From Promethearchaeota archaeon (GTDB lineage: Archaea; Asgardarchaeota; Lokiarchaeia; Sigyniarchaeales; SOKP01), in contig JAEOTR010000014.1 of assembly GCA_016839705.1 (NCBI GenBank), forward strand, positions 1-64,000: DNA of 64,000 nt, written 5' to 3'. The stretch's first letter is position 1. Each line of letters opens with the position of its first letter. Of this stretch, positions 49,589 to 59,819 are shown in pieces. The translations under genes were made by a program, and so were the position numbers. Under the pieces are notes generated by a model that had not been told where the DNA came from, did no database searches, and saw only the letters and a list, made by a program, of their open reading frames with translations.

Positions 49589-51448
49589 TCATGCGTAAAC
49601 ATTCTCAAAATGCTTAATATGGCTTTTCATATCGGAGATTATTACTTGTTTCTCATCATCAGAAATTGAATATGATGTAAAAATTATATTATCAATTTCT
49701 TTTAATAAATGCTTAACTCCTTCATACGATTTACTATGGTTCTTTTGAAATAATTGAGTTATCTCATCTACATTATTAGCAAGTTTCACTTTGATTTGAT
49801 TATCCATGTTCACAATAGGAATATGGCGTATCATGTATTGATTTAAATTGATAGTAGTATTCTTTTGGTTATTAATAGCATATGTGCAATAAAATTGAAT
49901 TAAGATCGAATTAAAAATGGAACACAGGAACTTAAGTTCATTTGAATCATGATGAAGCAAAGAATAAATTGAGGACGTAAAGCACACATTTTCCTCAGTA
50001 TAGATAGCTTCTGGAATTATGTTATTATGCTTAATTAATAATTTTGGTGAGAGATAATATTCAAAATTATTGCCTTTTAAACTTGTAGCTTCAATCTCTT
50101 CAATATTGAAAGATTTATTTTTATCAATAAAAAAGTAACTGAAGTCATTTCGAGCACTAATAAAGAAACAAGTACCGTTATCTTGCTTTTTCAATTTCTT
50201 TCGAACGAGTCTTAAACCTTTATCTTCTTCTCCTCTTATCAGATTTGGAAAAGCAACAGGATTTAAATAATTTAAATCTCCTGTCTTTTCTATCTTATTG
50301 ATCAGTTTAAAAAACAGAGGTTTTGGTTTAACCCTAATACGCTTTAATTCTAAGGTCTCTAAACTACAATAAGGGCAAATTTTTTTGTAGGTATAGACAT
50401 ATAATTTCTTAGATTTCAAATTTAGGTGACAATTAGCATTTAAGCAAATCCTTAGTGAATCTACCTTTTGATTCTTGTAAGTAATAATTTTCCTTTCTGG
50501 AAAATCATAGATATTTAAATCTCTGTTATTGTTTTTATGCTTATTTTCATAGAGCAGTATCTGAACCTCGTTTGTAGCATTTTTAAATATCTTAGAACCC
50601 ATATCGATAATCTTTAGCAAATTAGCTTTTGCTAGGAATGCATTTCGAAATTCGATATACCCTTGTCTAAGAAGAAAACTTTTAGGAACTAAGAAGGCTA
50701 TTACTTCATTGCTCCAATTTAAAGCCTTATAGAGAAAAGCACAGTATATATCTTTATAGAAAGTATTTTCTTCCTTTAGATATTCTTTATCCGCTTTATT
50801 TAAAATGTTTCCGTAAGGCGGGTTTCCGATAATTATATTAAATTTACCCAAGTTTGAATCTATTAAGGTATTTCTTGGTTTAAGATTTTCTCTTAGTTGA
50901 GATAGAATTTCACTAAATCCCTTTCTCTCTTCATCACAATACCATTTAAATAATTTTAGAATTGATAAATCAATAGCCTGCTCATTGATATCGTATCCAT
51001 AAAGATTTTTCAACAGTTTCTTTTTGACTTCAAGAATACCTGAAGAGGGATCTATTTTTTTTATAATGTTATAAATAACCTCAATGGAACTTACTAAAAA
51101 AATGCCGGATCCGCAGGTAGGGTCACAAATCGTTGTATTTAGTAGAACCTTAATTATTTTTTGCTTAATTCCGGAATCTAGACTAAAAATATCATTGATT
51201 TTCTGAATTTGTATTGTATCACTGCCACCATTTCTAAACATTTTATTAATTAAAAAGATTAATGATTCACTTACGATTAGCTTCGAAGTTTCCTCGTCAG
51301 TATAAAACACTCCTTCCTTTTTTCGTCTATTATGATTTGTTAAAAAATTTTCTTCTAATTTGTTAATTAAAGTGAAAAGGTGCTCTAATTGCTGGAAATT
51401 TCCTGAATTTATCTTCTGAATAAGATTTTTGAGTTTAAGATTTTCCAT
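49589..51448 (-). CDS. N6-adenine DNA methyltransferase (gamma class, Eco57I/TaqI-like), no nuclease domain evident
   Basis: GVFYT, DPTCGSGIF, GYDI, GNPPY, TaqI-C-like TRD (..NS.L..FY). Confidence 0.85.
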   Translation of the reverse strand: MENLKLKNLIQKINSGNFQQLEHLFTLINKLEENFLTNHNRRKKEGVFYTDEETSKLIVSESLIFLINKMFRNGGSDTIQIQKINDIFSLDSGIKQKIIKVLLNTTICDPTCGSGIFLVSSIEVIYNIIKKIDPSSGILEVKKKLLKNLYGYDINEQAIDLSILKLFKWYCDEERKGFSEILSQLRENLKPRNTLIDSNLGKFNIIIGNPPYGNILNKADKEYLKEENTFYKDIYCAFLYKALNWSNEVIAFLVPKSFLLRQGYIEFRNAFLAKANLLKIIDMGSKIFKNATNEVQILLYENKHKNNNRDLNIYDFPERKIITYKNQKVDSLRICLNANCHLNLKSKKLYVYTYKKICPYCSLETLELKRIRVKPKPLFFKLINKIEKTGDLNYLNPVAFPNLIRGEEDKGLRLVRKKLKKQDNGTCFFISARNDFSYFFIDKNKSFNIEEIEATSLKGNNFEYYLSPKLLIKHNNIIPEAIYTEENVCFTSSIYSLLHHDSNELKFLCSIFNSILIQFYCTYAINNQKNTTINLNQYMIRHIPIVNMDNQIKVKLANNVDEITQLFQKNHSKSYEGVKHLLKEIDNIIFTSYSISDDEKQVIISDMKSHIKHFENVYA

Positions 51449-51597
51449 ATTGTAATTTGAAGCTTACAGATATTTATTTGATAAACTTTGACGTACTGTT
51501 AATATTCACCTATATTTTTCAATCTAAAATATTTTGTTGTTTATCTTATATTTTCTTTAGATTTTTATAGTTATTTTTATTTTATATTATAGAGAGT

Positions 51598-52089
51598 ATG
51601 ACGGATAAAGAAGAAAAAAAAGATTATCATGGAGTTGCACCAATCAGATCTGTCGTAAAGAAGATGAAAAAAGAATATGACAGGGATAACAAGGATTGGA
51701 GAGTGATAGGGTCAAAAGATCGAGATGGGAACCTAGATACTATCATATCAAAAAAGCCTAATCACTTTTGGTTAAAATCGAAACAATTAAGCCCATTTTC
51801 AGCTTTATCCATGGGTTCGGTAGTTCGAAATCTTGATAGAGATATCGATGAAAAGATGGGGAAAAAGATGTCTCCAGATGAAATGCTACGGTTCTTTGGG
51901 ATGGTTGTTCCTATTAAAGAAAACAAAAATATTATTGCTACTGGAATAGAAAAATATTCTCAAGAACAAGGAGATTATCTAAAAAAAGTTATCAACGAAA
52001 GGGATTCGAATTTAGATTATCAACTTCGTCATAGAATTGATAAGGAATTTATAAAAAAACATCCGCAAAGAAAAAATTTATACATATAA
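51598..52089 (+). CDS. Hypothetical protein
   Basis: 163-aa ORF with no recognised motif. Confidence 0.6.
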   Translation: MTDKEEKKDYHGVAPIRSVVKKMKKEYDRDNKDWRVIGSKDRDGNLDTIISKKPNHFWLKSKQLSPFSALSMGSVVRNLDRDIDEKMGKKMSPDEMLRFFGMVVPIKENKNIIATGIEKYSQEQGDYLKKVINERDSNLDYQLRHRIDKEFIKKHPQRKNLYI

Positions 52090-52105
52090 AGAAAATATAA
52101 TAATC

Positions 52106-52516
52106 CTAGACTTTTTCTTTTAATATGCCTAGTTGATCTTTACTTTTAATTATTGGAAGATTTCCTGAATACTTATCTGAATTATTTATTAATTCTGCTA
52201 TGATAGCATTCATTTTTTCAGACCCAGAACTTCCTTCAAGAGAGTTCGCAAACTCCTTTAATAATGGAACTTTTAAATCTTCCACGTAGAACGATACTCC
52301 CTTTTCAACTTCCTCAAGAAGAAATTGAAATGATAGGTCAGCGTTTCTTTCAGTTGTGAAAAATGGTTCGTCAGGATCCTCAAAAGTGTAGGATACCTCA
52401 ATCCAACGATCATTATCTGTGGGGACCATCCCAAAAATATAATCTTTTGTATGAAGCCAAAAAGGGGTCCCTTTATCAAATGATATATCTACAAGTGATT
52501 TAAATTCCTCGCTCAT
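52106..52516 (-). CDS. Hypothetical protein
   Basis: 136-aa acidic ORF with no recognised motif. Confidence 0.6.
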   Translation of the reverse strand: MSEEFKSLVDISFDKGTPFWLHTKDYIFGMVPTDNDRWIEVSYTFEDPDEPFFTTERNADLSFQFLLEEVEKGVSFYVEDLKVPLLKEFANSLEGSSGSEKMNAIIAELINNSDKYSGNLPIIKSKDQLGILKEKV

Positions 52517-52674
52517 ACCATCTTATTCCTCTAATTTTTATTTAAACTTTTCCGATAATTGTGTAATTAAGAAGATTCTTTTAATTTTATAATTTAATAA
52601 TTTCTATTTTAATCTTAGCTTTTAAAATTATTATGTGAAAAGAATTTTAAATAAAAGAATAATTGAAAAATAAT

Positions 52675-53439
52675 ATGCGGAAATTAGATTATGATCAAAT
52701 AATTTCTGAAATTCAGGAATGGATAAAGAATTATTGTAAGTCTTTTAATGTTGATGGAATTGTTGTTGGGATAAGTGGAGGCATTGATAGTGCTGTGACC
52801 TCAACTTTATGCGTAAATGCAATAGGAAAAGATTTCGTAATAGGTTTAGGTTTACCTTGTTTATCAAATCCAAAAGATTTGAGTGATGCTAAATTGTTAG
52901 GGACCCAGCTAGGGATAGAATTTATAGTTTTTGATCTGTCATCTGTTTATGAAGAATTTATAAAAATTACTACCAATGTTATTGAATCCAATAACCTCGC
53001 AGCAGCAAATTTGAAAGCTCGATTAAGGATGGTAGCATGGTATTTTGCGGCACAATCCAAAGGAAATTATTTAATTGGAGGTACAGGGAACAGAACTGAA
53101 TTAGCGATTGGGTATTTTACAAAATATGGAGATGGTGGTGTTGACATTGAACCTCTTGGAGGATTATATAAATGCGAAGTAAGAGAAATAGCAAGAAGGT
53201 TAAAAGTACCCGAGAATATCATTAAAAAACCACCTTCAGCAGGGTTATGGGAAGGTCAAACAGATGAAGGTGAAATCGGTATAAAATATGATGATATCGA
53301 TGAAATACTTTATAGAATTGATTATAATTTAGACTTAAGCGATTTAAATAAGAGTGAAGTACAAAAAGTTAAAAAAATGATGTCATTATCGCAACACAAA
53401 TTAAAAATGCCTCCGACATATGAAATTTATAAAAACTAA
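52675..53439 (+). CDS. nadE: NH3-dependent NAD+ synthetase
   Basis: GISGGIDS, NLKARLRM, GYFTKYGDG, KPPSAGLW.GQTDE. Confidence 0.97.
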   Translation: MRKLDYDQIISEIQEWIKNYCKSFNVDGIVVGISGGIDSAVTSTLCVNAIGKDFVIGLGLPCLSNPKDLSDAKLLGTQLGIEFIVFDLSSVYEEFIKITTNVIESNNLAAANLKARLRMVAWYFAAQSKGNYLIGGTGNRTELAIGYFTKYGDGGVDIEPLGGLYKCEVREIARRLKVPENIIKKPPSAGLWEGQTDEGEIGIKYDDIDEILYRIDYNLDLSDLNKSEVQKVKKMMSLSQHKLKMPPTYEIYKN

Positions 53440-53545
53440 TGTGAAAAAATAAAATCTTCCCAAAATGATAATTATGATTAAAACTTATTAGTCAATAAAT
53501 TTCTAAATTTATTAAGGGCTATGAGTAATAAGGATTAAGTAAGTT

Positions 53546-55090
53546 TTACAAACTTGCAATTAATCGTCTAATTCTGTTAATTCGAGAAGTTATTCCCTCT
53601 TGACTCTTCTTAAGATCTTCACTACGGTTTTTATATTCAAGATCGGAAATCGATCCTCCATTAAAACTTCTTTCTAGCTCTTTAAATGTTTTTTCTAATG
53701 AGTAGCGCCTCCCTTCAAGGGCAATCAATTCCTGATATAATGAATCTTTATCTTCAGGTAATTCATCAATATATTCTGATGTATATTCTTCAGCAGCATT
53801 AGTTTCTAGCTTGATAGAATCAAATCCAACAAATGCTGTAGTATCATCTTCCTTCTTTTTCTTTTTAACCTCTTTTTTCTTCGTTTCTTTTGAGGGTTCT
53901 AAACTAGGAAATTCCGGTTTAGGAATCAATTTCTCAGCTCGTCTGTCTCCAACTGCAGAGAATACATCAAATAATTCTGTTCCAATTGATTTTATAGGGT
54001 CATTCTCAATTTCTTCCACACTAACAGATGAAATTTTTGGTGTTTGAGCAAGAAATGGTTCTGGTTTTTCCTTTTCGATAGAATCTTGAATAAGAAAGGG
54101 CGCTGATTTTTTTTGCTCTACCGGTTCTTCTTCGATGAGTGAAACTTCAGTTGAAATAATCGGTTTCTTTGGTAAAAGAGTCCTTTCCTCTATAGCTTTT
54201 GGTTCCCCCTCTATATATTCCGCTTCTTGTTCATCTAAAATATCTAAAATTGATGTGGATTCTATTGGGGCATCCTCTTTAATTTTTGGCTTAGGTCTAA
54301 TTGGAATTGGTTTTAATTCTTCAAGATTATTTAAATCACTTTGAGAAGAAGGGGGTGGTGGAGGTGGGGTAAGGGGTGAAGTTTGAATGGGTTTTAATTT
54401 TTCAATTTCTTCTTTAATTTTGAATTGAACTGCTTCAATCGATTTAACTCCTATTTTTCCCTTAGGTTTTTCTGCGTCTGTTTCAATCTTCCCTAAAATA
54501 TGAGGTGGTTTTTCAGACTCCTTAATGACAGGGATTCTAATCTTAGGTGGTGGAAGAATTGCATTCTTCTTAGGAGTAATTTTGATTACTTTTTTCTGAG
54601 TAACCTTTTTAATTTTTTCATCTTTCTCATCAATTTCATGCTTTAAAAAATCAATCTTTTGCTTAAGGTTGTCTATTTCACCTTTAAATTTATCTGAGAC
54701 TTGTTCTACAATCTCTTCAATATCGATTTGGGCTGAACTTGATTCAAGTTCAGCTTCTCTTATTGATAATTCCTCGGCGTTCTCTTTGACCTCAACCTCA
54801 GCTAAATCATCGGTTAAGGTTATTATTTTTTTTATTAAATCTGGTATCTCTGATTCTGTAAACCATAAATCAAGGGTATCCCAATTTTCTAGACTAGTTA
54901 GAGCATCCTCAAATAAGCCTATATTAGAACTGACTTGATAAGAATCTACATTTTTTAAATTTTGAATTATTTCAATAAGACTTGCACGTGCTTCTATTTC
55001 ATCATCAGGAGTAGGTTCCCCCTGAATTAAGAACACATAAATATCTTTAATCTCTTGTATTATAGATTTAAACTTTTCTTCTTCGCTCAT
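53546..55090 (-). CDS. Coiled-coil, Pro-rich disordered protein with C-terminal steadiness-box/SHOCT-like helical hairpin
   Basis: Heptad region, PPPPPP tract, acidic/Pro linker, C-terminal LY.EL...E.T..L......G.I...EY......L. Confidence 0.55.
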   Translation of the reverse strand: MSEEEKFKSIIQEIKDIYVFLIQGEPTPDDEIEARASLIEIIQNLKNVDSYQVSSNIGLFEDALTSLENWDTLDLWFTESEIPDLIKKIITLTDDLAEVEVKENAEELSIREAELESSSAQIDIEEIVEQVSDKFKGEIDNLKQKIDFLKHEIDEKDEKIKKVTQKKVIKITPKKNAILPPPKIRIPVIKESEKPPHILGKIETDAEKPKGKIGVKSIEAVQFKIKEEIEKLKPIQTSPLTPPPPPPSSQSDLNNLEELKPIPIRPKPKIKEDAPIESTSILDILDEQEAEYIEGEPKAIEERTLLPKKPIISTEVSLIEEEPVEQKKSAPFLIQDSIEKEKPEPFLAQTPKISSVSVEEIENDPIKSIGTELFDVFSAVGDRRAEKLIPKPEFPSLEPSKETKKKEVKKKKKEDDTTAFVGFDSIKLETNAAEEYTSEYIDELPEDKDSLYQELIALEGRRYSLEKTFKELERSFNGGSISDLEYKNRSEDLKKSQEGITSRINRIRRLIASL

Positions 55091-55283
55091 AAAGGATTAC
55101 TTGAATTTTTTTTATTAATTTTCAGCTAAATATTTCTTTTTAAATATTTAAAAACTTTTCGCCAATATATTTTTTTGTGAAGTTTAAATTGATTATTATT
55201 TATGAAAATGTTTGAATTTATCTCTAAAAATAAAATTAATTCCAAAAAGATCAAAAATCTGATCCTTTATCGGAGTCATGAGT

Positions 55284-55475
55284 TTAGGTTATAAATCGAT
55301 TCCGAAATTCATTGATCAATATAGAAAACTTTTCTGTATCGTATTGAAAAAAATTTAATACTAACTCTTTCGTCATGTGATTATGATATAATTTCAAACC
55401 AGTAGATTTTGCAAGTTTTTGACCCACTGTCATTTTTCCTACAGCAGGAGGACCAAAGATAATCTTACATTTCAA
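55284..55475 (-). pseudogene. Truncated P-loop kinase (shikimate kinase-like) fragment
   Basis: IIFGPPAVGKMTVG..L...TGLKL.HNH, then stop after 63 aa; too short for the fold. Confidence 0.65.
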
Positions 55476-56818
55476 ATTTTCTGTTCCACCTCAGTAAAAG
55501 CGGAATCGAGTATTTGTATTGCTCTTTCAGTTTGGTCTTGGGTAAGCTCGAGTGGTGGTTGAATTCTTATTACATTTCCGTCAATTCCTCCTTTACCTAT
55601 CAACAATCCATTTTGTTTGCAGATTTCCATAACTTGAAGCATTTCCCGAGTAGCAGGTTCCTTTGTAATTTGATCACGAACGAGTTCTATTCCTAACATC
55701 ATGCCCTGTCCGCGAATATCACCGACAAGTTTATGATCTGCTTTAAGAGTTATAAGTTGTTTCTTTATTATTGCACCAAGTTTTGCAGCTTTACTTAGAT
55801 ACTGTTCTTCTTGGATTATTTCGATAACCGCTACTGCTGCCGCACATGATAAGGGATTACCACCAAAGGTTGTAAAAGTATCTGTTGTAGTATATTCTGC
55901 CGCATATTCTGGGCGTGTCAAAAACCCTCCAATTGGAATACCGCTTCCAAAACCTTTAGCGATTGTAATGACATCTGGAATTACATCTGATTGTTGAATA
56001 CCCCACCAACGATCCCCAGTACGACCAAAACCTGTTTGAACCTCATCTGCAATGAAGAGACCGCCAAATTCTTTTACAATTTCATAGGTGATCCTGAAAA
56101 ATTCTGGAGGGGGTTGAACAATGCCACCAACTCCTTGAATCGGCTCAACTATAAATGCAGCAATGGCCTTATTAGTCTGAGTTCGGATAACTTCACGAAG
56201 ATACCGAGCACACTCATAATCACAATCGGGATATTCCTTTCCAAAAGAACACCGATAACAGTATCCATAGGGTGTAAAACGAACTCCAGGAGGGTGAGAT
56301 TCAGGTACCGTACGCCAACCTGCACTCGAGATCTCTCGGGCTAATTGAGTACGTCCATGATAGGCATGAGTACAAGCTACAATATAAGGATTATTTCGAT
56401 ATTTCCGTGCCATAAATAATGCTGATTCATTAGCTTCCGACCCACTATTTAGAATAAAAGCCTGTGATAAGTCAGAAGGCGCAATTTGAGCCAATTTCTG
56501 TGAAAGTACAGCATACGGAATAGTAGAATAGAGCGTACTTGAATAAATAAGATGCTCTGCTTGCCATTTAAGGGTAGCGAGAAATTTAGGATGGTTATAC
56601 CCTGTAATTTTGGTGCAGATACCTGAAAACAAATCAATATACTGCTTCCCTAAATCATCTTCAACCATTGCACCTTTGCCCCCAACAATAAGGATTGGAT
56701 CTTCAAAATAGTGAGTCACCGCGGGGATAATATGTTTTTGCTCGATAGCAAGGATCTCTTTACTAGTATATGATTTTCGAAGATCCTTGGGTACAATTGT
56801 ATCATCCATTAAATTCAC
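55472..56818 (-). CDS. Class III PLP aminotransferase (AGXT2 / beta-alanine / GABA-type)
   Basis: SGSEANE, AYHGRT, EPIQG.GG, DEVQTGFGRTG, AKG, TFGGNP. Confidence 0.9.
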   Translation of the reverse strand: MNLMDDTIVPKDLRKSYTSKEILAIEQKHIIPAVTHYFEDPILIVGGKGAMVEDDLGKQYIDLFSGICTKITGYNHPKFLATLKWQAEHLIYSSTLYSTIPYAVLSQKLAQIAPSDLSQAFILNSGSEANESALFMARKYRNNPYIVACTHAYHGRTQLAREISSAGWRTVPESHPPGVRFTPYGYCYRCSFGKEYPDCDYECARYLREVIRTQTNKAIAAFIVEPIQGVGGIVQPPPEFFRITYEIVKEFGGLFIADEVQTGFGRTGDRWWGIQQSDVIPDVITIAKGFGSGIPIGGFLTRPEYAAEYTTTDTFTTFGGNPLSCAAAVAVIEIIQEEQYLSKAAKLGAIIKKQLITLKADHKLVGDIRGQGMMLGIELVRDQITKEPATREMLQVMEICKQNGLLIGKGGIDGNVIRIQPPLELTQDQTERAIQILDSAFTEVEQKI

Positions 56819-56963
56819 TTTAGTATTGTTAATTGTTATTTAATTATCAAAACATGATTATTATTGAAAAAGAAGTGGAAAAAACTTATAAATATTTAAT
56901 TATTTTCCAATTTTATTTTTTACAATTACTGTTTTGACTAGAGAGAAATATTTTGATTTAAAC

Positions 56964-58442
56964 ATGAATGTTTTAAAAAATTATATTAATGGAAAATTTG
57001 TAGACTCAGAAAGTAATAGATTCATTGAATTTATGAATCCTGCTTTAGATGAGCCACTCGGTAAAGTCCCAATGTCTACAAAAGAAGAAGTGAATTCAGT
57101 AGTTAAAGCTGCTAAAGAAGCTTTTCATGATTGGAGAAGAGTACCTGGGATTCAAAGAATTCAACCATTTTTTAAATTATTAAGCTTAATTAAAGATAAT
57201 CTTGATGAGATCGCTGAATCTGTAGTATTAAACCATGGGAAAGAATGGAATGCCGCAGTAGGAGAAGTTATACGTGCTTATCAGATGATTGAAGCTTCAT
57301 TCGCTGTACCTGAATATCAAAAAGGGCAATACATGCCCAACATTGCAACGGGGATTGATGAATATTCGATACTTGAACCTTTAGGTGTTTTTATAATGAT
57401 TCCTCCCTTCAATTTTCCTGCGATGATTCCCTTCTGGTTTTGGCCATTCGCAGTTGCTGCTGGAAACACTTACATCATAAAATCAAATGAACAAACCCCT
57501 TTAGCGTTTCAAAATATATTCAAATACATTGATAAAGCTGGTTTTCCACCAGGAATTATTAATTTCATTCATGGTGATGTAGAAATTGCTATTCAACTAA
57601 TTGAGCATCCTGATGTCGTAGGGGTATCAAGCGTTGGTTCAACTCCTGTAGCTCAGGCAATTTATAAAAAAACGAGTAGCTTATGTAAACGAGCACAATG
57701 CCATGGAGGTGCCAATAACTTCTTAGTTATTACAGAAAAAGCGAATATTGAAAAAATTATGCCAAACATAATGAATTCAGTTTTTGGTAACTCTGGGCAA
57801 AGATGTTTATCAGGAGCAGTGTTAATGGCTGTGGGAAAGGAGTCGTTCTATGATAATTTTAAAGAGCAACTTCTTAAAGCAACCAATGAACTAAAAATTG
57901 GTTATGGCATGGATAAAGAAACATTCATGGGTCCCGTTGTCTCAAAAAAATCACTTGACAAACTCCATGAACAAATACAAAACGGAATTGATGAGGGCGC
58001 AGAATTAATTTTTGACGGTCGAGGAGTAAAAGTACCAGAATATGAAAAAGGGTATTTCTTAGGTCCCTGCTTCTTTGAAAAGGCTAAGCCTGGCATGAAA
58101 ATTTATGATGAAGAAGTATTTGGACCCGTCGCTTGTCTTGATCGTGTAGACACCTTAAAAGATGCAGTAAACATTATCAATCAAAATCCTAAAGGTAATG
58201 CTGTGACAATTTATACTGAAAGCGGAGAAGAAGCTCGTTTTTTCCGGGATGAGATTAATAATATTCAACTTGGTATAAATATTGGGGTGGTAGCGCCCCT
58301 TGCGTGGTTTCCATTTGCAGGAGCAAAAGATTCATTTTTTGGTACCCTTCACGCTCAAGGGTATGAATCTTTGAAATTTTTTACTCAAGAACGTGTAATA
58401 ATCGAAAGATTTCATGGAAGCACAAAGATTGAATGGGATTAA
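56964..58442 (+). CDS. mmsA: CoA-acylating (methyl)malonate-semialdehyde dehydrogenase
   Basis: PFNFPAMIP.W, VGST.VA, GGA.N, GQRC, EEVFGPV, GINIGV..P. Confidence 0.88.
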   Translation: MNVLKNYINGKFVDSESNRFIEFMNPALDEPLGKVPMSTKEEVNSVVKAAKEAFHDWRRVPGIQRIQPFFKLLSLIKDNLDEIAESVVLNHGKEWNAAVGEVIRAYQMIEASFAVPEYQKGQYMPNIATGIDEYSILEPLGVFIMIPPFNFPAMIPFWFWPFAVAAGNTYIIKSNEQTPLAFQNIFKYIDKAGFPPGIINFIHGDVEIAIQLIEHPDVVGVSSVGSTPVAQAIYKKTSSLCKRAQCHGGANNFLVITEKANIEKIMPNIMNSVFGNSGQRCLSGAVLMAVGKESFYDNFKEQLLKATNELKIGYGMDKETFMGPVVSKKSLDKLHEQIQNGIDEGAELIFDGRGVKVPEYEKGYFLGPCFFEKAKPGMKIYDEEVFGPVACLDRVDTLKDAVNIINQNPKGNAVTIYTESGEEARFFRDEINNIQLGINIGVVAPLAWFPFAGAKDSFFGTLHAQGYESLKFFTQERVIIERFHGSTKIEWD

Positions 58443-58480
58443 TTTTTATATTTAAAAATAACTATAATTAGTTGAGGAAT

Positions 58481-59776
58481 ATGGAAAAAAGGGAAGACAT
58501 TAAATATGAAACAGCCTTCACGATGGCCACTTCCAGTATCAAATTTGGCCCGGGTGTGACATGTGAAGTCGGGTATGATATGAAAAAACTTGGGGCAACT
58601 CGAGTAATGGTTGTCACAGATCCAAACTTGACTAATAGTGAACCTGTGTCGGTAACTCTTGAAGCCCTACAAAAGGAAAATATAGAAACGATTTTGTATG
58701 ATCGAGCGCGAGTTGAACCTACCGATAATTCCTTCAAAGATGCTATTAAATTTGCGACTAAGGGTAAATTCGATGGGTTCATCGGTGTGGGGGGAGGATC
58801 AAGTATGGATACTGCTAAGGTAGCAAACTTGTATTCGACTTATCCTAAAGATTTTTTAGCTTATGTTAATGCCCCGATTGGTCAAGGAATTCCTGTTCCA
58901 GGACCATTGAAACCGATGATAGCCATTCCAACAACAGCAGGCACGGGCAGTGAAACTACTGGGGTAGCAATTTTCGATTTAGTAAAAATGCATGCAAAAA
59001 CAGGTATTGCCCATCGTTCATTAAGACCTATTATGGGGATTATAGATCCAAACAATACTAGAACGGTACCTAAAATCGCTACTGCTTCTTGTGGTTTTGA
59101 CGTTCTTTGTCACGCATTGGAATCAATAACGGCCATCCCATATAATAAGCGCCCTACTCCTGAAAGTTTAGATTTACGGCCAGCTTACCAAGGAGCAAAC
59201 CCAATTAGCCATCTTTGGGCATCTAAGGCAATTGAAATGGTTTCAAAAAACATTGTGCGTGTAGTTCAAGATCCTTCTGATGATACGGCACGTGCAGAAA
59301 TGATCCTTGCTTCCACATTTGCAGGCATAGGTTTTGGTAATGCTGGGGTTCATTTAGTTCATGGAATGTCTTATCCCGTGTCAGGTATGGTCCGAGAATA
59401 CTTACCTGAAGGCATTAAATCAGAACATCCAATAATTCCACACGGTATGGCTGTAGTTCTTCCATCACCTGCAGTGTTTAGGTTTACTGCCCAAACAGAT
59501 CCGGAATTACATCTATACGCGGCACAATTAATGGGAGTTGATTTATCGAATGTTGATAAAAAGGATGCGGGAGAAATTCTTGCAACTGAAATAATAAAAC
59601 TAATGAAAGCCACCGGAATGCCCAACGGTCTTAAAGCGGTCGGTTTTACCGAGAGTGATATAGAAGAACTGGTTCAAGGAACCCTACCTCAGCACCGTGT
59701 AACAAAGTTATCTCCCCGACCCGCAAGTGCAGAGGATCTTAGGAAACTATTTTCTGAATCAATGACATTATGGTAA
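58481..59776 (+). CDS. Hydroxyacid-oxoacid transhydrogenase (ADHFE1-like, Fe-ADH family)
   Basis: ETAFTM, GGGSSMD, YVNAPIG, TTAGTGSETTG, YQGANPIS, GVHLVHGMSYP. Confidence 0.9.
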   Translation: MEKREDIKYETAFTMATSSIKFGPGVTCEVGYDMKKLGATRVMVVTDPNLTNSEPVSVTLEALQKENIETILYDRARVEPTDNSFKDAIKFATKGKFDGFIGVGGGSSMDTAKVANLYSTYPKDFLAYVNAPIGQGIPVPGPLKPMIAIPTTAGTGSETTGVAIFDLVKMHAKTGIAHRSLRPIMGIIDPNNTRTVPKIATASCGFDVLCHALESITAIPYNKRPTPESLDLRPAYQGANPISHLWASKAIEMVSKNIVRVVQDPSDDTARAEMILASTFAGIGFGNAGVHLVHGMSYPVSGMVREYLPEGIKSEHPIIPHGMAVVLPSPAVFRFTAQTDPELHLYAAQLMGVDLSNVDKKDAGEILATEIIKLMKATGMPNGLKAVGFTESDIEELVQGTLPQHRVTKLSPRPASAEDLRKLFSESMTLW

Positions 59777-59819
59777 GATCACATATTTTGAAAAGATTTT
59801 TTTTTGTTTGTTTTTCTTT

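Noticed and set aside
1803-49591. Selenocysteine readthrough at TGA-terminated genes (ends at 1805, 18736, 49589)
   Set aside because: Downstream frames close within about 16 codons and the proteins look complete.
49481-49669. 62-aa ORF on the + strand
   Set aside because: Overlaps the methylase 3' end in antisense, TTG start, no motif.
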